A stretch of DNA of 64,000 nt from NCBI GenBank assembly GCA_027624315.1, contig JAQBXX010000003.1, positions 11,800-75,799 on the forward strand. Reading direction: 5' to 3'. A model generated the notes under the pieces. The model did not search any database. It was given only the letters and a program-made list of their open reading frames with translations, and had not been told where the DNA came from. Within the stretch, counting starts at the first letter, position 1; every line of letters starts with the position of its first letter. The position numbers and the translations under genes were made by a program. The DNA comes from Pseudomonadota bacterium (lineage in GTDB: Bacteria; Pseudomonadota; Gammaproteobacteria; SURF-13). Shown in pieces: positions 61,038 through 64,000 of the stretch.

Positions 61038-61397
61038 TTATGTTTTGCGAATGGCTTTGCGCGGACCCTTGCGTGTACGCGCGTTGGTGCGGGTGCGCTG
61101 TCCACGCACCGGAAGACCGCGGCGATGACGCAGACCGCGATAGCAGCCGAGGTCCATCAGGCGCTTGATGCTCATCGACACCTCGCGGCGCAGATCGCCT
61201 TCGACCCTGAGCTTCGCCACTTCAGCGCGAAGCGCTTCGACCTGTGCCTCGGTCAGGCTCTTGATCTTGATATGGGGATCAACATGCGCTGCCGCACAAA
61301 TGGCCTGCGCACGGGTATGTCCGATTCCGTAGATTGACGTTAACGCAATCACGGTATGCTTCTGGACTGGAATATTTATGCCTGCAATACGTGCCAT
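61038..61397 (-). CDS. rpsM: 30S ribosomal protein S13
   Basis: 119 aa; [10 protein letters not shown]. Confidence 0.97.
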   Translation of the reverse strand: MARIAGINIPVQKHTVIALTSIYGIGHTRAQAICAAAHVDPHIKIKSLTEAQVEALRAEVAKLRVEGDLRREVSMSIKRLMDLGCYRGLRHRRGLPVRGQRTRTNARTRKGPRKAIRKT

Positions 61398-61492
61398 TCA
61401 ACCATTCTCGCTCTGAGTAATAACACCCTTGAAAAACCAGTCAGTATACGCACTCAGGTAGCAATAATCAAACTATCTGCTATCTGCCGCGC

Positions 61493-61606
61493 TCAGCCTT
61501 GACGCTGCTTGTGACGTGCATTGGTACACACCACGCGCACCACACCCTTACGCTTCAGCACCTTGCAATTACGACACAGCTTTTTTACCGAAGCCCGCAC
61601 TTTCAT
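61493..61606 (-). CDS. rpmJ: 50S ribosomal protein L36
   Basis: Hand translation [37 protein letters not shown]; not in ORF track (37 aa). Confidence 0.92.
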   Translation of the reverse strand: MKVRASVKKLCRNCKVLKRKGVVRVVCTNARHKQRQG

Positions 61607-61666
61607 AAAAATTCTCCACACTACAATCTATACATGGTGCTATGTATGGATGGACGATCCGGCATC

Positions 61667-63007
61667 CTACCGGGGCTGGCCTCTCAGGTTCGCCTTCTTT
61701 AACAGGCCTTCGTACTGATGCGACATCAAGTGCGCCTGGACCTGCGCTATAAAATCTATGACCACAACGACAATAATCAGCAGCGAGGTGCCACCGAAAT
61801 AAAATGGTACGTTCCAGTACACGATCAAAAACTCCGGCAACAGACACACCAGCGTGATGTAGATCGCACCCGCCAGTGTCAGCCGCGTGGTGACGCCGTC
61901 GATATAATGCGCGGTCTGCTCACCAGGCCGTATGCCCGGGATAAAGGCGCCGGATTTTTTAAGATTTTCCGCCGTCTCTTTCGGGTTGAACACGAGCGCC
62001 GTATAAAAAAAGCAAAAGAAAATAATCAGTGCCGCATACGACATCACATACAGCGGTTGCCCGGGTGACAGCGTGGTCGCAATGTCACGCATCCAGCTCA
62101 GGCCTTCACTGCCGCCCCACCAACTGCCGAGGGTGCTCGGAAACAGCAACATACTCGATGCAAAAATCGGCGGAATTACACCCGCCATGTTCACCTTGAG
62201 CGGCAGGTGGCTTGCCTGCGCTGCAAATATCTTGCGCCCCATCTGACGTTTGGCATAGTTCACCGGTATGCGCCGTTGTCCACGCTCCACGAATACCACA
62301 AACGCGGTCACCGCAAGCGCGAGCGAGAACAACACTAATACGGTGAAAAAATGCATCTCACCGGTGCGCGCAAGTTCGAGCGTGCCACCGATGGCGGACG
62401 GTAACCCGGCCACAATACCGGCAAAGATAATGATCGAAATACCATTACCTACACCGCGCTCGGTCACCTGCTCACCCAGCCACATCAGGAACATGGTGCC
62501 GGTCACCAGCGTGACCGTCGCTACGAACACAAAATTCGTGCCCGGGTTAATCACCACCGAGACTCCACCGCTACTCTGGCTCTGGAGCGCAATCGCAATA
62601 CCGATGGCCTGGAACACGGAGAGCACCACGGTGCCACGGCGCGTGTACTGGGTGATCTTACGCCGTCCGGCTTCGCCTTCTTTTTTAAGCTGCATCAGTG
62701 ACGGCATCGTCACCGAGAGCAACTGCATGATAATGGAGGCCGAAATATACGGCATGATACCGAGCGCAAATACCGACAGACGCTCCAAGGCACCACCGGA
62801 AAACATGTTGAACATGTCAACGATGGTTCCGCGCTGTTGCTCGAACAAAGCCGCCAGTGCCACCGGATCAATGCCGGGCACAGGTATGTGGGCACCGATA
62901 CGAAATACTATCAGCGCACCCACCACGAACAGCAGGCGCCGCCTCAGCTCGCTGAGTTTACCCATGCCCCCCAGGGCACTTGCCATGGTTGAACGTGTAA
63001 CGGACAC
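61667..63007 (-). CDS. secY: Preprotein translocase subunit SecY
   Basis: 446 aa, 10 TM; conserved SecY. Confidence 0.96.
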   Translation of the reverse strand: MSVTRSTMASALGGMGKLSELRRRLLFVVGALIVFRIGAHIPVPGIDPVALAALFEQQRGTIVDMFNMFSGGALERLSVFALGIMPYISASIIMQLLSVTMPSLMQLKKEGEAGRRKITQYTRRGTVVLSVFQAIGIAIALQSQSSGGVSVVINPGTNFVFVATVTLVTGTMFLMWLGEQVTERGVGNGISIIIFAGIVAGLPSAIGGTLELARTGEMHFFTVLVLFSLALAVTAFVVFVERGQRRIPVNYAKRQMGRKIFAAQASHLPLKVNMAGVIPPIFASSMLLFPSTLGSWWGGSEGLSWMRDIATTLSPGQPLYVMSYAALIIFFCFFYTALVFNPKETAENLKKSGAFIPGIRPGEQTAHYIDGVTTRLTLAGAIYITLVCLLPEFLIVYWNVPFYFGGTSLLIIVVVVIDFIAQVQAHLMSHQYEGLLKKANLRGQPR

Positions 63008-63442
63008 TTAATCCTCAATCTTGCCGCCGGCCGCCTCGATGGCAACACGCGCACCCTTGGTGACAGCGAGGCCGCGCGTGGTGACTGCCGCAGCCAGCTT
63101 GCCGGAAGCGATCACCTTGACGCGCTTGACTGCCTTGGGTACGAGATCTGACGCCTTGAGCAGCGCCATGTCGATGACCTGGCCGTGCAGCTTTTGCAGC
63201 GTATCCAGGCGCACTTCCGCGGTATCATCAGCGGTCGGTGAAGCGAAGCCGTGCTTGGGCAAGCGGCGTTGAATAGGCATCTGGCCGCCTTCAAAACCGA
63301 CCTTGTGGTAACCACCGGCGCGTGCGTGCTGGCCTTTATGGCCGCGTCCGCAGGTCTTGCCGAGGCCGGAGCCACCGCCGCGTCCGACGCGTTTGCGCAC
63401 GGTTTTTTCACCCGGCGCGGGCTTTAGTGTATTGAGATGCAT
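63008..63442 (-). CDS. rplO: 50S ribosomal protein L15
   Basis: 144 aa conserved L15. Confidence 0.96.
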   Translation of the reverse strand: MHLNTLKPAPGEKTVRKRVGRGGGSGLGKTCGRGHKGQHARAGGYHKVGFEGGQMPIQRRLPKHGFASPTADDTAEVRLDTLQKLHGQVIDMALLKASDLVPKAVKRVKVIASGKLAAAVTTRGLAVTKGARVAIEAAGGKIED

Positions 63443-63639
63443 CAGGCGACGTCCTCGACCTTGACCATATAAGAAACTTTATTGATGATGCCGCGTACTT
63501 CCGGAGTGTCCTGCAACTGTACACTCTGATTCATGCGCGCCAGACCCAGGCCTTTCAGGCAGGCAACATGCCGTGGCAGACGCCCATGCTTGCTGCGTAC
63601 CAGCGTCACCTTTACTACTTTCTTCTTCGCCGCAGACAT
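63442..63639 (-). CDS. rpmD: 50S ribosomal protein L30
   Basis: 65 aa conserved L30. Confidence 0.93.
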   Translation of the reverse strand: MSAAKKKVVKVTLVRSKHGRLPRHVACLKGLGLARMNQSVQLQDTPEVRGIINKVSYMVKVEDVA

Positions 63640-63641
63640 GT

Positions 63642-64000
63642 CTACTCCAGTATCTCAGCTACGGTCTTGCCGCGCTTGGTGGCGATTTGTTCCGGCGCCG
63701 ACATGTCCGTCAGCCCCTTCAGGGTTGCGCGCACTACATTGATGGGGTTGGAAGATCCGATGCACTTGGCAAGCACATCCTGCACCCCCAGCACCTCGAA
63801 CACGGCCCGCATGGCGCCGCCGGCGATGATGCCGGTACCTTCCGATGCCGGCGACATGAATACCTTGGTCGCGCCATGGTTGGATGTGATCGCATACTGC
63901 AAGGTGCGTCCGTTCAGGCTCACCGAGTGCATGTTGCGACGCGCATCGTCCATCGCCTTCTGAATCGCCGCCTGCACCTCACGCGCCTTGCCGCGGCCCA
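63642..64000 (-). CDS. rpsE: 30S ribosomal protein S5 (5' end beyond window)
   Basis: Conserved S5 C-terminal sequence; reading frame open to window end. Confidence 0.93.
   Translation of the reverse strand, partial: GRGKAREVQAAIQKAMDDARRNMHSVSLNGRTLQYAITSNHGATKVFMSPASEGTGIIAGGAMRAVFEVLGVQDVLAKCIGSSNPINVVRATLKGLTDMSAPEQIATKRGKTVAEILE

Overview
GC-rich gammaproteobacterial chromosome segment whose gene order matches Pseudomonas/E. coli core regions. The plus strand carries nuoF(partial)GHIJKLMN plus a DUF2818 gene, an efp-family gene (minus), uvrC, pgsA and the tRNA-Gly/Cys/Leu cluster. A ~3.7 kb accessory island follows between tRNA-Leu and a dif-like XerC/XerD site (18308-18335). Across that point the coding strand switches from plus to minus, which marks a replication-terminus-like convergence. 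The island holds two HigB/HigA-type toxin-antitoxin modules. One is a toxin-antitoxin in-frame fusion behind a palindromic operator. The other is arranged as higB-higA-srkA (a YihE-like Ser/Thr kinase). The island also holds a DUF4404-like gene, a degenerate 9-12 nt tandem repeat array and small ORFs. To the right of dif, all on the minus strand, are: tatD, pilZ, holB, tmk, mltG, pabC, pabB, the fabF-acpP-fabG-fabD-fabH-plsX-rpmF-yceD lipid cluster, maf (plus), sppA, a HAD phosphatase, rluC, rne (plus), fructosamine kinase, an LMW-PTP, kdsB-ycaR-lpxK-msbA, exbBD, lolCDE, an IS3-family orfA remnant, aguAB-rsmB-DAHP synthase (plus), dsbC, yajQ, xerD, ogt, rplS-trmD-rimM-rpsP, a REP-flanked RAYT transposase, a DUF4010 membrane gene, cytochrome c peroxidase and the rplQ-rpoA-rpsD-rpsK-rpsM-rpmJ-secY-rplO-rpmD-rpsE(partial) ribosomal block. 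The most unusual content is two families of short structured intergenic repeats. A ~190 bp MITE-like element with terminal inverted repeats exactly fills the fabH-fabD and msbA-lpxK intergenic spacers. A ~110 bp double-hairpin element sits between fabF-pabB and rpmF-yceD. The other notable items are the dif-adjacent TA/kinase island and the RAYT/REP insertion next to rpsP.
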